Counted from the first letter of the whole stretch, positions 36,330 through 49,399 are shown. The stretch is DNA of 57,647 nt, filler included, from Sphacelaria rigidula (GCA_964200075.2; 7 parts of 7 records of this genome joined end to end with filler, not necessarily neighbours in it); one strand, 5' to 3'. The notes: generated by a model from the letters alone, not told the origin. Translations and numbers: made by a program.

Positions 36330-37990
36330 TACGACACCACTTAACGTGTACGCATTCCCAGTTCGTGGTTCGTGCGGTACGCCGTCAAAGGTACACAGTT
36401 CCCACCTTCCATTCGTATGGTGCGAATCATAGGTACATGTTTCCCAATTTCCACTATTTCGGCATAAATCATGAGCACATGTTCCCCCCCTTCCATTCAT
36501 ACGAGGTGAATCAAGCGTACCTGTTCCCCACCTTCTGTTCATACCAGGTGAATCAATCGTACATGTTTCCCAATTTCCATGTTCCCTACCTTCCATTCAT
36601 ACAAGATGAATCAAGCGTATATATTCCCCACTTTTCATTTATGCAGCGCAAATCATGCGTGCATCTTCTCCACCTTTTGTTCATATCATATGCAGCACGT
36701 GAACACGTTGTTTCCCACCTGTCAGTTGATGGGGGCGCGACTCTTCGGTGGCGCGGCCCTTTGGCAGGCGGGGTAGGCAAATAAGAGCGTACAGGTCGCG
36801 AATCCCTCAAGAGTAAAACCCGCAATAAACACAATATCAAATATTGTACCCACACGTGAGACATCACTATAGAACAACATACGCGTCTGCGTGCCCAGAG
36901 CGGTTTTTCTAGCCAGTTTTCTCCCCCGAGCTATGCTACTGACGACCCTGTGGTTTCATGTTGTGTTCTGTGCTACAGTTGAGCTGAATACTGTGTAATA
37001 CCCGGTCGCCCCGGTGGCTCAGTCGGTACGCTCGAAACCCTCTGACGGTTGGGTCGTGGGTTTGAATCTCGGAGCAATCTGGGATTTTTTTTCACACAAT
37101 GCCCAACAGTAGAGAGCGACTATTTCGTGGGTACACAAAAATTGACCCAATGGTCGACGAGGTAAAGGGACTGCTGTAACCCTCTCGTGATGAAAAAAGA
37201 AGGCGAGCACCGCAGAAATAGGGTGGAGTACTAAAACAAAACAAGAAGGGAAAAACTCCTGTGTTGGCCTTCCTCCTTGTGCGACCCCGACTGGTGCGCC
37301 CGCATATACCGAAATGCGCAGACCGGCGTCCAGAATAGATGGGAGGACAGCACACTGTATACAATACCATGAACACTTGCGAAGAACACAGCACCAGAGC
37401 AAGTCGTCCTCGCATGCTCGCGGGGCCTTTCGGGAAAACTCCGGCAGCGTACTCTGCAGTCCGTAGACAATATGGTACAGCGTGGCACAGCACGCACCTG
37501 CGCGTCCAGAGTGATCCTTCTAGCTGTTTATTTACCTATGATTCATATAGGATCAATCACGTGGTTCATGTACATGTTTTCCGCCTTGCGTTCGCGAGCA
37601 TGGATCATAGATACAGGTTTCTTATCTTCCATTCATACGAGGTGAAATGTATGTTTCCCTATTTCCGTTCATGCAGCATGAATCGTATGCACACGTTCTC
37701 CGCCTTCCACTCATACAAGGTGAATCAAGCGTACATGTTTCCCAATTTGCGTTGATATTGCATGAATCACACGCACATGTTAGCCACCTTTCATTCATAC
37801 GAGACGAATCATACGTACGTGTTTCCCACCCATGGTGCATACAGGAATTGTGATTCGTACATATTTTGCGATCTTGATCCATCTGATACTACTTGGAGTG
37901 TACACATTCCCAGTTCGTGATTTGTGCGGTATGGCCTTGAACATGCAACTTTACCATCCGTGATTCATACCGGATGACTCTTTGGTGCAT
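36330..37990 (+). repeat. 42-bp minisatellite array, split by an insertion at about 36720-37530
   Basis: The unit GTACATGTTTCCCACCTTCCATTCATACGAGGTGAATCAAGC-like repeats on both sides of the insertion. Confidence 0.85.
37002..37365 (+). mobile_element. tRNA-derived SINE
   Basis: A-box GGTGGCTCAGTCGGT near 37013 and B-box GGTTTGAATCTC near 37059, with no acceptor stem and a ~290-bp unrelated body. Confidence 0.7.
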
Positions 37991-40900
37991 GCTTCACATC
38001 CAATATTCGTGGGGAGTATAAACTCTGGTTCGTCCGAATCGTGATACTTTTGTTAATACATATTGCGGATTCCTACGACATACAGCTGATTTGAATTTGC
38101 GGAATCGTGGCGTCATATTTTCATGAGGCGTGTCATCGAACACCCACCGCATGTTCACTTGCTGCCTCTCAACGGTACTTTAATATGATACAATACGCTC
38201 TATGCACAATATCTTGCGTTGCGGGTGTGGCAATAAACGACAGAGAATATCTATCGATAGGTGTACCACAGTAGATTCCGGTATGTATCTATCGATAGCC
38301 ATCGCCGCCATCAACAGATTCTGAACGCAATCTATCAACAGCTGTTGCCGTCATCAATAGATTCACCACCCTATCAATAGCCATCGCGGGCATCACTAGA
38401 TTCGGTGCACATTCTAACCATAGCCGTTGACGTGACAAATATTTGAAGAGTTATCGATCGATATATTCGGTCGGCGGCAATAGTTTTCGGTGTAGAACAA
38501 CCATAAGCTGCTGTCCGTGCAATAACGTGGGAAAGGGATATATCGAGAGACATTGCCCACGATAATGAATGAAGAAACTTGCCGATTGACAGCCATTACC
38601 GACGACAATATTGGCCTCTACTGCGGCGGACTCTGTCTTTTGTCCAGGGTGTGAAGACTTTACTTATGGTACAGACGGAGGATACTGGTATATGCAGTTG
38701 ATGCCCTCGTACCGAACAAACGTACTTTGTGCATGATCCTCCCCCCCCCTGTCTCAACACACTTCCAGTACCTTCTCTTCACTCGGATACAAGTTCGTAG
38801 TACAAAGAGGACAGTCCATCTCTGACCTAGTATGTGGCTTGGTTTGTTCTCCTCATGTGTATCGCGGGCCCAATCAGTGCTCCCGCACGGCATCACTTCT
38901 CGTGAAAGGTATGTAAGTAGCCCAACAGCATATTTTGCAGTCGCGAGCAATGGGCTTCACAACGGGGCACCTACAATAGGTATGATGGTACCCAGCTGAA
39001 TCAGGGGATTATTGCAATTTTTTCGGAGTCAGCGATTTCCAATAGTTTCTTCACTTGTCAACGCTCATCCCAGTGAACGCTTATCACGAAGTTTGGGGAT
39101 CGGGAGATATATTAGACATCAGCTCCACATTTCGAAACAAAGCCATCTTTGCGCTCAAGATTGGACGACCTACGGGCTGAGTCGACACGGGGGGGGGGGG
39201 GGGGGCGTACCCTTTTGTTGCTTGCCTTAGTCGTTTGACGATTGACCACGCATCCCTTTCGAGACTGAGTCGACAGGGGGTGTTTTGACTGTGTTTGAGT
39301 TAAAGCGAACTTGCTTTCGGCTCGAACTCAATGGATTGGCGAAACTAAAAACAAGCGTCTGTAAGATTATCAACGAGAGCGGTCGCGATTGATTCACCCG
39401 CCCTTGTGCTACACAGAGCTCGGTTGGGCAATTTTCCAAGGGTCGGACAAATAATGATTCGTCTGGAAATTACTTGGTTTCAGTATCATGAGTCGACTCG
39501 TGACGGATCAATCCCTAGGCTTTATTTCAGCGTTGCAACACAGATACACGCAGCCCAGACACGTGGAATGGCGCAAAAGTTGCGTGTATACCCCTTAGAC
39601 CATCTTTTTTTCTCCCTTTTGGGCAATCAGGCCGAAGAAATCGTCAATTTGGTGATTCTTTGACGTGATGATTCGTCCTAACCGTGCAATTTTCGTAGTT
39701 GGGTACACTTCTTAATTTTCTCGCATTGTGTTCTTCCTCAGCACCCGAGAATCCTAGCGTCGATATGTATTGGGGAACGAAACAGGTGGTGCTCAGGACA
39801 CAATCCTCAACTTGGTGTTGTCGGGGTGCTACGGAGCAAATACCTCGTTTATCAGGGGGTGTTTTCGAGCGTCACTGGTTTTCCGGCGCTAGCGCCATGA
39901 TCAGGTAGAAATTCTGGTACATATATACATATATATATACATATGTCGACATTTGTTCACGAAAACAATCGGGAGTGCTTCAATCGAGCAAAAACTACCC
40001 GAGGGTCAGAAGTTGGGGCTGGGCAGTCGCAGGATCCCGGAGAACCCGTGAACCAGTAAGTCTTTCAATATTGAGTGCAGAGATGATCTTTGTTTCGAGA
40101 TGTGGAGCGGACGCCTAATATGTCCCGATCCCCAATTCTGGGATCAAACGCTCATTACTATCAGCAGTGGCGCGCGAAAGCACTGTCGAAATTCGCCGAC
40201 TACAAAAAAACTACGAAAATCCCCCTGACTCAGCTGGAAACTACTACACTCCTGGGTCAACTTCGAGTAGTACATGGTCTAACCTAGAATCAAGACAGCT
40301 TGGACTGTTTTTCTAGTTCTTACGTACGTGTGCAAATGCCTATTAACTTCCTTGGATATTGCGGCATCACCACCTTCATGTCAGAAACAAATCGAAACTC
40401 ACTTTTTGGGAAACGGTACAAGCTGGTTCAGATTGAATACCCAAAATTTATTCCCTGGCCAATGACGAACGCAATACCCAGCCAATATGCACAAATATGG
40501 TATCATGCTGACCGCAATGAACACACGAAAAGGGTGACATACCCGGATTTTTGTTCAAGGCTATAGCGGTGGCGCGATGGACAAAAATATGTATCCATCA
40601 ATCAGCGCCTTTCAAACTGTTCCGAAATTGAAACACGAATTCCAAGCTCAATTTCCACCGAATGTCTACATGGTTCAGATCGCAGTAACCGTCATCAGCC
40701 TGGGAATATTACGGGAGAAACAGATTTGAAAAGGGTTCCAACGGGGTCCAATTTTGCCCGAAACCGTGATGTTTCGGTGATGTGGAGCTTTGGCGTTGTC
40801 TAATTTCCACTCATGATAAGTACGAAAGACCCACGGAACCTCGAGACGATTTCCCTTTTATCTGTTGGAGAAAAGCTCAGATCATCCTCAATCTTGGCAG

Positions 40901-41150
40901 TTCCGTAGGTATTGATGCTCCAAATGGAAAGAGTATGTTCTTGGCAAGATTTCGAAGTTTCTCCGTTCTCTACCGGCTCCCGGGGGTCCGAGCATAAAGA
41001 CCCCAGGAAACTGGTACAGACTGCCCCAACACCAAAATTTTGACATCTTAGGGTCAGGTGGTGTCTCAAGGAACATGTGTACGAGCTGGGCCGGGCAAGA
41101 AGCCTACTATCAGTCAGTCGAGTCTAGCTCTGCCGCACTAGCGAGTTTGG

Positions 41151-41250
41151 NNNNNNNNNNNNNNNNNNNNNNNNNNNNNNNNNNNNNNNNNNNNTTAATT
41201 AATTAANNNNNNNNNNNNNNNNNNNNNNNNNNNNNNNNNNNNNNNNNNNN
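41151..41250. other. Artificial contig spacer
   Basis: N44-TTAATTAATTAA-N44. Confidence 0.98.
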
Positions 41251-41533
41251 GGGTGGGGGCCGGGGCGGGGGCGGCGTCGCGGTAGCGTGGGGTGTGCGGG
41301 GGGGGGGGGGGGGGGCTCACCGTATCTTGGGATATTCATGCCAGATGTCCGCTGAACGGTGTTGGTGAATCCAGTTCAACTTTCATTATACTTGAAGTTT
41401 GCTCAACTTGCAATGCTGGTGGAATGATAAAACAATCAACCGGAAAGAGAGAGTGTGTGTGTATACGTGTGTGCTCAGCGTGTTTCTCACCTTTATAACC
41501 CCTTCTCATGTGCGCACCCTCCGCTGTCCTTAG

Positions 41534-42124
41534 GCCAGAGTCGTCGAAGCGGAAAAGCGGCTGCGCTTGCTCCAAGAACGAAAACGGTTACGACGCGCTG
41601 ACAGGCGAGAGCTGGCTGCTCTTCACCAAGCTCTCTCCCAGGCTGAGGCAGAGAGGAGCAGCGACTCCGCCGCGGATGCCGCGGCTAACAACGACGACCA
41701 CAACGACCGCAGCGCAATGCTTTCAGCGAAGGAGCAAACACGCCGACATCCACTGACAAACGCTCTCAACCGCGCACCCGAGGAACGAGAACAACCAGAA
41801 CAGCAACGACGGCGACAGCGACAACAGCAACAACACCCCTCAAGTACTCCCGCATCCAACAACACCGCCACCGCCACTGCCGCCACCATCGCCTCCACAA
41901 CCCCCGACGCCGCTTGCCGAAAAGACGGAATTGGCGCAGCTGAGACATTTCTGACAGGCGGGCACCGAGAATCAGGAGAGCCACCAGAGGAGCTGCTCGT
42001 ACGCATGGGGTTAATCAAAGCTAGGTTAGACAGGAGTGGCGGTGGAGGGAGGGAAGGGGATGATAGCTTGAGGCCCGTCGTGGAGTCTCTGTGGAACGAG
42101 GTGGAGGAGCTCAGACGGCTGTAA
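41534..42124 (+). CDS. Probable terminal exon of a host gene (coiled-coil and low-complexity protein of unknown function)
   Basis: Pyrimidine tract and CCTTAG acceptor at 41533, then 196 open codons (ARVVEAEKRLRLLQERKRLRR...VESLWNEVEELRRL) to TAA. GC-rich, coding-like composition. Confidence 0.65.
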   Translation, partial: ARVVEAEKRLRLLQERKRLRRADRRELAALHQALSQAEAERSSDSAADAAANNDDHNDRSAMLSAKEQTRRHPLTNALNRAPEEREQPEQQRRRQRQQQQHPSSTPASNNTATATAATIASTTPDAACRKDGIGAAETFLTGGHRESGEPPEELLVRMGLIKARLDRSGGGGREGDDSLRPVVESLWNEVEELRRL

Positions 42125-42387
42125 AGTAGATGTCGGGTGTAAGCGTGATTTTTGCAATGAATCATAAATGGAACCGTTGGGCTCAGCTTCGTGGGGGCAA
42201 AGTGATTCCTATGTATGCTGTTTGTTGGCGAACGCGACGTTGTCATTGTCCAGCGGATCTTGAGTGACCTTAGCCGAGACGAAGTGACGGCGACAAGCGC
42301 ACTCTTGAGTTTTGTGGTGACCAACTTTGGCGTCGTCGTGTTTGGTCGCGGAGATGGTCATTGATTTCCATTTCCTAGCCTGCTCGC

Positions 42388-42421
42388 TGTGTGTGTGTGT
42401 GTGTGTGCGTGCGTGCGTGTG
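42388..42421. repeat. (GT)n/(GCGT)n microsatellite
   Basis: Direct reading. Confidence 0.9.
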
Positions 42422-43419
42422 CGTATGTAAAATATCTGAAATATAAAAAGCAGCAGTCCAGTTTTGTATATATCACGATGAGTGTGATCAGAGGTGCAAT
42501 GCATAGTAGGTCAGACGCACAATTAGAAGGTGTACAGTATGTTTATGTATATAGAAACTGTAATGTCGTTTAGTGATGACCAAAAATGATCGCGTTTCAT
42601 GCGTTGCGCTCGTTAGGCGATGTGTTGCCAACTCTTCCTACTGTATCATCTTTGTTCATCACTTCTGCTTTGATTATTTTCTGTCATTCGAAGCGTCATC
42701 TTTTCGGTTGGGCGCTCATCGGATTTCGGGCAGCAGGACATGAGGTTTTTCTCTCTGGTATGTGAAAGGGAAAGCCGTTCATTTTTTTCACCGTCATCCG
42801 AAGGAAAGGATTGGATATTTTGCCAAACTCTGCCGTGCGTCTGTTTCTGTCGTGAATGCATCAGTCCAGTCAGTCAGGCCCGTTGTCGGTATGGTATACT
42901 GCGGGTGAGGGGGAAGGGGAGGGGGAGGCGTGCAGGCCGTGGTTCAAGACCTGTGCCTTGCGATTTACAAGATGTTTGTGCCCTTCGATGTTGTGTTTCC
43001 ATATTTTTAGTTTTGTACATGGGTGAGTTTGTCGCGCATGAAACTTGAAGAAAGGTTCCCTTCGTGGAGAAACGCTTGGCGCTTCGGTTGCCCATTTTTT
43101 CTTTGCACAGCTTGTCACGGGGGGAACTCTCGCGGGAACTCTCGCGGGACAGAGATTCTCGTCCCGTCGTTCATTTGGCGACGGGAAAACGTTGCCGTCC
43201 TGTTCTGTCCCGTCGCTTTCTTGGCGACGGGAGCACGTTCCCGTCCGGTCTTTTCGTTTGACTACGAGAACGAGTTCAACAACGCTTTCGTGACATTGAG
43301 AGTACCGTAAAGGATACGAATGAGAGCGAGAAGCGGGTAATGAGTGAATGAATCGTTTCAGTTCCGAAATGCCCCTCCACAAGGCTCGATATGTTTTCTG
43401 TAGTAGCTTGCCACTCAAG

Positions 43420-44764
43420 CAGGGTTGCACATCGGATATCGATAATCGATACGATCTCGATAAATATCGGCGATATGCCATATCGGTATCGGGGCGTAGA
43501 AAACCGATGTATGTGATATGTATAAATATCGAATATCGATACGCTCGATAGTTTTGTTTATTTTTCGTCACATTAGCTCAATTTCTCGAAACCGTCGTCA
43601 CAGTAAATGCAGGGGGGTGGTATTTCCCGAACGGTAGACCCCCAGTTCGTTGATGTGCAACCCTGGTCCTCCCCATCCCCCACTCCACAAGGTCCCCTTC
43701 ACACACCACACACCACTGGTGCCTCGTGGGCTTAGGGTTTAATTATATGATCCAGCGGGGGGGTTTACCAACGGCAACATACGGGTGACGTCGTGGAGTA
43801 GATATGAGGTCACGATCAATGCAAAGCTGCAGATAACAGTAGAAAACAGCTGTCCTTCGGAGTATGAGGAAATGGTACTGTCGCTTCGCCTTTCCTTCAT
43901 GTTTGACGAGTGTTGGGTTTAGTTTCCCCTCCATCCATTAGTCTCGGCATTCTAATTGTTGCAACCTTAGTGTTTTTTTGTTCTTGGTTGGTGACATACA
44001 AATATATATATATATATATATTGGCATCCAAAAATTAAAACTGGACGCATGCTGCCGACGTTTCCTGTTATTGGTAGTGAAGAACGTTGGATAAAAAGAG
44101 CTCGCATTTGAGTCTCTGCATGTTCGAGGTTTGACACTTTTCCTTTTCTCATGAATGTGCAGAGTCGAGGTATGCTCTCATTCGATCGAAACACACGGAA
44201 TAGCGACCGTAGAAATGAAAACAGTATAACCAGTCCCACACCCGGCCCGCTGTGATCAACTGTCTCTTGCACGACGACGGAAGATATTCGCAAGACAGCT
44301 GTATCGCCGCATGCCGCCGCCGCTATGATGTCACGCTACCCGCGGCTGTACGTCATGTGTCCACTGCTGTTCACTGGGAACCACCGTAGGTTGCTTGAGA
44401 TACCACACCCTCAGGAGCGATTTTCAAATCTCGATTACTTTCTCTCGACGAGATGGTTGCAACGCCGCCCAGTTCAGCCCTGGCATCGCTTCTGGTGAGG
44501 AGTAAGTGAGCTTTGAAAAATTGCCTAGGGGATGTGGTATCTTAAGCGACCTACAATAATGAGTCAAGATGTGAGTGTGCCAGTGTACTGCTCGGTCTTG
44601 TACACTGCGGCCACGCCAAAACAGCCGTATCGTATCGAATACCGATACTCGATATGCATCGTGCCATTTTCGGAATATCGACAAAAATATCGGTATCGGC
44701 GGTTGTGGTTCGATATTCTAATAATATATATCGAACCTTATTCTCGGTCCGTTATGCAACCCTG
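43420..44764. mobile_element. 1345-bp non-autonomous hAT element
   Basis: Perfect TIR CAGGGTTGCA / TGCAACCCTG. 8-bp TSD CACTCAAG / CACTGAAG (7/8). Subterminal ATCG-rich arrays at both ends. No transposase ORF. Confidence 0.85.
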
Positions 44765-44989
44765 CACTGAAGCCCTTGATATCCCTGAGTAGGATATCGA
44801 CGTGTCCTGTAAGCACACGCCAGTGATACAGGCACACGGAATGAAAAATTGGCGAAGTTAAAGCGAATGATAAAACCCCCTCTAAATCAGCGCTCAGTCT
44901 ACTCTCAGTCTCATGAAAACATTGTTGTTCCTGCCCATTCTTGACTTACATTCGAACATAAGAGGATGAAGGGCCACAAATATCGTAAC

Positions 44990-45342
44990 CAGGGCTCGTG
45001 ACGAGACTTCTGGACAGAAATTCCCGCCCCCCTGAAATCCACGGGACGGGACCGTTTTTCCGACGCTAGTATGAGTCGATCCAACTGCTGCAGTGGGACG
45101 CTGTACCTCAATACACCGGTGATTGTCTCTTTTGATAATACAACGGTATCATTGCGCTTGTTTCGGAGGTGCTCCACACTCATCACCGTGTCGACGGGCC
45201 GAGAATAATCCCTGTCCCGTCCCGGAGTCCCGTCACAGGTCCTTTTTGTTTCCTTTTCTGGGTGACGGGAAAAGTTCCGGTCCCGTAGTCTTTTTGGCGA
45301 CGGGAATTCTAGTCCCGTCTCGGCACCCCGTGACAAATCCTT
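44990..45342. mobile_element. MITE-like element rich in GTCCCGTC/GACGGG motifs; related fragment at ~43110-43295
   Basis: Begins CAGGGCTCGTGACG and ends CCCGTGACAAATCCTT (diverged TIR). No TSD recovered. Confidence 0.5.
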
Positions 45343-47263
45343 CTTTCTCGTTCCGTTGTCCGGGTGCTGTTGTGTTCAAGTGTGCTTACCGTCCATGTTG
45401 CAAAAAAAGTCTCGTAGACTTCGGAGAGCCCAGCATGTGAAGGGACATAATTGTGTCATCTCGCGCGGTGGATGCAGCAGTTCCACTCGCATCTGAGCAG
45501 TGGGAGATTTGACGTTTCGTTGAACTCTTTTCAATACTACTGTAACGTATCCAGAGCTAGTTTTCTTTCTTTGTCCTCAAGGTCTTCCGCTGGGTGCGAG
45601 CACCCGAGCAGCCAAGATTGAAAAAGTCCATCGAGGATAATGAAATTTGGCCTTCTAATTTTTTGTTTTGCCCTTCCCCCACAACAACGATGGTGATGGT
45701 AATTACAATTTTCGCGTACCGTACATTTTCCTCTCTCCCAAGTGATCCTCAAGAGAATAACGGTGCTTTATCTTTCACGAACAGTACAATGGCATGTTTT
45801 TTTCTGTTGTGGATGTCGCATTTCCGACTCTCCACGCAGCAACGACTTCTTGCTTTAACCATTGACCATCCTATATAGTTTTTACCCAAAGGTGCGTTCG
45901 GATTAAATGCCCGGATTGGATGTGCCGGTACAGTTCCGATCTCGCCGAAAATAAAAAAAATGAGAGATTCGTCGATCGATTCGCGATATTATTCAGAATA
46001 CTTCACTAGTTTCTTCAAAAACAGCCTGGAATGAGAAAATGTTCATTACTCATAACGTATGTGTGTGTGAAGGACCAAAGACCATTGCATCGAGTACGCG
46101 GACAATATTCTGTGTAGTACAGCGCCTATATTTTGAGTAAGTATCGATGCACTACGTACACTGCACTTCCGATGACACCACCCTCCCCCCCCAAAAAAAA
46201 CTGCTGCAGCATCGGCAACACAAACAGGAGAGTAACTGCTATTGCTGCAACAACAACTGCGTTAACACGCAGCAAAGTAGACTCGAAAGCAATCCCCCTC
46301 GACGAGAAGCCTCTACATGATGAGAAAAAAACAAAAAAACACGAAAGCAAAAAAGAAGCACGAAGACGCCTACACAATTGATCCCCCATCTCTCGGGAAA
46401 AATCCACCGACATGTTTTCACCTTTCCCCTCAGTTGCAGGTGTTGCAATGATGAATACACAATAACATCCGTGTTCATCGGAAAATCGAATTCATAAGAC
46501 GACCACCAGACGCGCTTTTTTTCTGGAAAAACTCAGCAATCAAGGCAAAGCTCTTGGTCCTACCTTGTATCTATGGCCTCCTCATTTTTACAAGGGTGAT
46601 TTATTTGTAGACACGGTGATACTACCGTACACCAGCGGAATAGCGGCGAGAGGCTTTGAAATAAATGACGCACTTTCAACTCTTTTTCATCAGATACTTC
46701 GGGATATTGTACACACAAATACAAACACACATCCACGCTGCACGGCTAACGCGGGTACGGCAACACTTGACTGGTTATTGATGCGCAGCAATTCTGGCCG
46801 TCTACTACAACAACAATAACAACAAAGCCTGGGCCAGACACAGCTGCTGCCGCAGAGTTCAGTACCTTTTCACTCGAAGAGTACACTCTCTTACACAACA
46901 GGTACACAGTACTTTTCGGTGAAGGAGCTGGGGGTACGCTCTTCCCCTCTTCCCATCTTCTGACAAGAAAGTAAGCCATGAGAAGGTTTACCTATTTCCT
47001 GCTCTGGGGTCTCGCCGCGCCTCAACGCCCAGGACGTGATATTGCACAACAACAACACGCCGACAACAAATCGACGACGGCCTTCAAAATCTTAGTCGAG
47101 CTCTCTACGACCCTTTGCGTTGCAAAATAACCCTCTATCCAGGAAGACATCACATGAAATGTAACCAACCTGACCACAGAAGAATTAACCCGACAATGAG
47201 AACGTCATTTGAAAAAACATGTCGAATCTGAACGGTTAACATCTGTACTTACTTGTTCATTAA

Positions 47264-47383
47264 CCCTTTTGGAACCTATTTTTGACGATTCTTGTTTTGT
47301 GAATCGGCATCGTCTTCAGTCATTCTCAAGCCAAAATAATGCCGATTCACGAAAACCAAAATCGTCAGTGGGTTTTAAAAGGG
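47264..47383. mobile_element. 120-bp piggyBac-type MITE
   Basis: TTAA|CCCTTTT ... AAAAGGG|TTAA, with ~45-bp imperfect inverted arms (TGACGATT..GTGAATCGGCAT). Confidence 0.85.
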
Positions 47384-47721
47384 TTAACGTTGCTCTCTGA
47401 CTCCTAACCCAATCCCCTCTCTCCACTCGGGAGACATCCCAAGGATTTTGCATCACCAGGGTTAGCTTATAGATCGATGAATAAAACTTGATAACTCCTA
47501 AGAGAGTGCCTTGAATGGATCGAAACGCGCCCTTGTCCAGTACAGATCAAATATACTGCGATATTTTTTGTGCAAATAAAGATGCAATTGTCCTCGTTTT
47601 CTTTTTGCACGCGTGAATAACGACACACAAAAAAAAAGGAAATAAATATTCTGAAAATTCATCGTCTGGCTCTTTTGTGCACGCGTGGATATTGACACCC
47701 AAAAAACGAAAAAAAATACAC

Positions 47722-47727
<6 letters not shown>

Positions 47728-47756
<29 letters not shown>
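47728..47756. repeat. (AC)n microsatellite
   Basis: Direct reading. Confidence 0.9.
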
Positions 47757-47760
<4 letters not shown>

Positions 47761-49399
47761 CGTAGAGACGGGACCACCCCGAGAAACATTCATGTATCGT
47801 TCGCTGCTTCGCAACCTAGGACCTCCCACACAGCTTGCCCGATATGCCCAAAAAGCGAACACTCATCAACGTGCGAACTTCCTTAAACACAGATGCAAAT
47901 GAAAGCACATCAACGTCCCCGCTCCAGCAGCGTATATAAGTATTGCATATGCACCCCGCATGCCCTCACAGTACCTCAATTACTCCACTTCCGTCTCTCG
48001 CCAGAAGACGCTTCTAGGGTACACTCACGATCGGACAACAAAAAACAAAAAGAACAGTATCCGTAACAGTCAGTAATAATCCACACTCAACACGAGAGTC
48101 TGTGCAGTCTATGTGGTCCCCGCTACGGGCCAATCACTTTCTTTTCCCCAAGTGTTTTTTTTTTTCCAGAAATTACCAAGAATAGTGATGACAACGATGA
48201 AAGAATTACTGGCTTTCTGTACCATTCATCCACTCTTGAGGAAAGTAAAAAATTCTACGTTCAAAGCAACCCGGGGGATGACTATCCTCGAACCCTCCCC
48301 CCCCGAAAACCCGGCGTGCTCCGCCCTGGCTTTGTAGGGATGCGAGATCAATGGTCTCGTGACGGACTACGGCATGAAAGATCATGAGTACACCCCCTCC
48401 CGCCGCCCCCTCGTCCCCGAACTCCCCCCCTGAGACAACGTGCTGCGGACCGCTGCATCTGTTTCTTGACACACTGCTCCATTATCTCCCCCATAAACAC
48501 ATACCACAAAAGATATATGTCTCTCGGCATCACCAAAACAAAAATAATTCTAAAAAAACACGTAAACACAATATCAACACCCGGGAGCAACAGAAAACAC
48601 TCACCCATAAAAAAAACGTCCGTTCCTGTAACGGCACACCTCCTATGCTCACTCCACCCACCACGAGAATACACGGACCGAACCGTCGACGATCACCACT
48701 ACCGCCACACCGCCATCTATACGGTAGGTGGTTGTGTCCCCGATTCGGTCCTCCTCTAAATTCCAGTTATTTCAACATTTACATGCTAGTTACCGGAACA
48801 GGTGCCGGGCGCTCATATTGTTTGGCGGTGACGATTGTGGTGAGACGACGTCGCACACCCTGGACAAAAGAATACACTGTCAAAAAGTGTACTGGGTACA
48901 GTATTGACTGTTGAGTCTATTGCAGCAGACAACAGATTCCATACTGCGCGCAGTACATTTTTTATTATGTAATATATTGTCATTATCCAGGGTGTACGAC
49001 GTTGCCGTGCTGCCTTCGCGCTCTTGGCAGCAGCTACTGTCGTCCAACGAACACGGATACGGACCGATGAATTGCTAACAAAGATGACCATCAGTAGTTA
49101 TCTGGTGAGGCCCTGGGTGAAGGTATACTTGACGTTGATTGATGCCGGGAGGGGTGAATGCTTCAGGCGGTGACAGTTTGGGAGGGGCCATTAACTCTCC
49201 GGCTCCTTTTGGCAGCTAGCAGAGCCGCTGCAACTTTGGGGTCAACGCCCCCGTCGCTGTCTGGCGCGCCAGCTCCCAGGTACCTGAAAATGGCAACAAT
49301 CCACGGTTAGGACAAATCATCACGACTCGAAATCACTAAATTCACGATTTCTTCGGCCTGATCGCCCAAAAGGGAGGGAAAAGTTGATCGCTGGTCCAA

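Larger units (their letters stand above)
33741..41081. repeat. ~660-bp highly similar inverted repeats (33741-34398 and 40417-41081) enclosing ~6 kb of non-coding, minisatellite-rich DNA
   Basis: Base-by-base reverse-complement match from TACACATGTT..CACCACCTGACCCT to ..TCTGAACCAGCTTGTA with few substitutions and indels. Confidence 0.9.

Noticed and set aside
37002..37080. tRNA gene
   Set aside because: It has A and B boxes but no closable cloverleaf or acceptor stem, so it is better explained as a SINE head. The same applies to 8478-8550.
36330..37990. Regularly spaced repeats resembling a CRISPR array
   Set aside because: The whole 42-bp unit is degenerate with no unique spacers, there are no cas genes, and the context is eukaryotic.
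41623..42324. 233-aa minus ORF
   Set aside because: Antisense shadow of the GC-rich plus-strand exon
42870..43571. 233-aa minus ORF as a single gene
   Set aside because: It runs across a hAT element end, a dispersed repeat and a MITE fragment, so it is a chance open frame.
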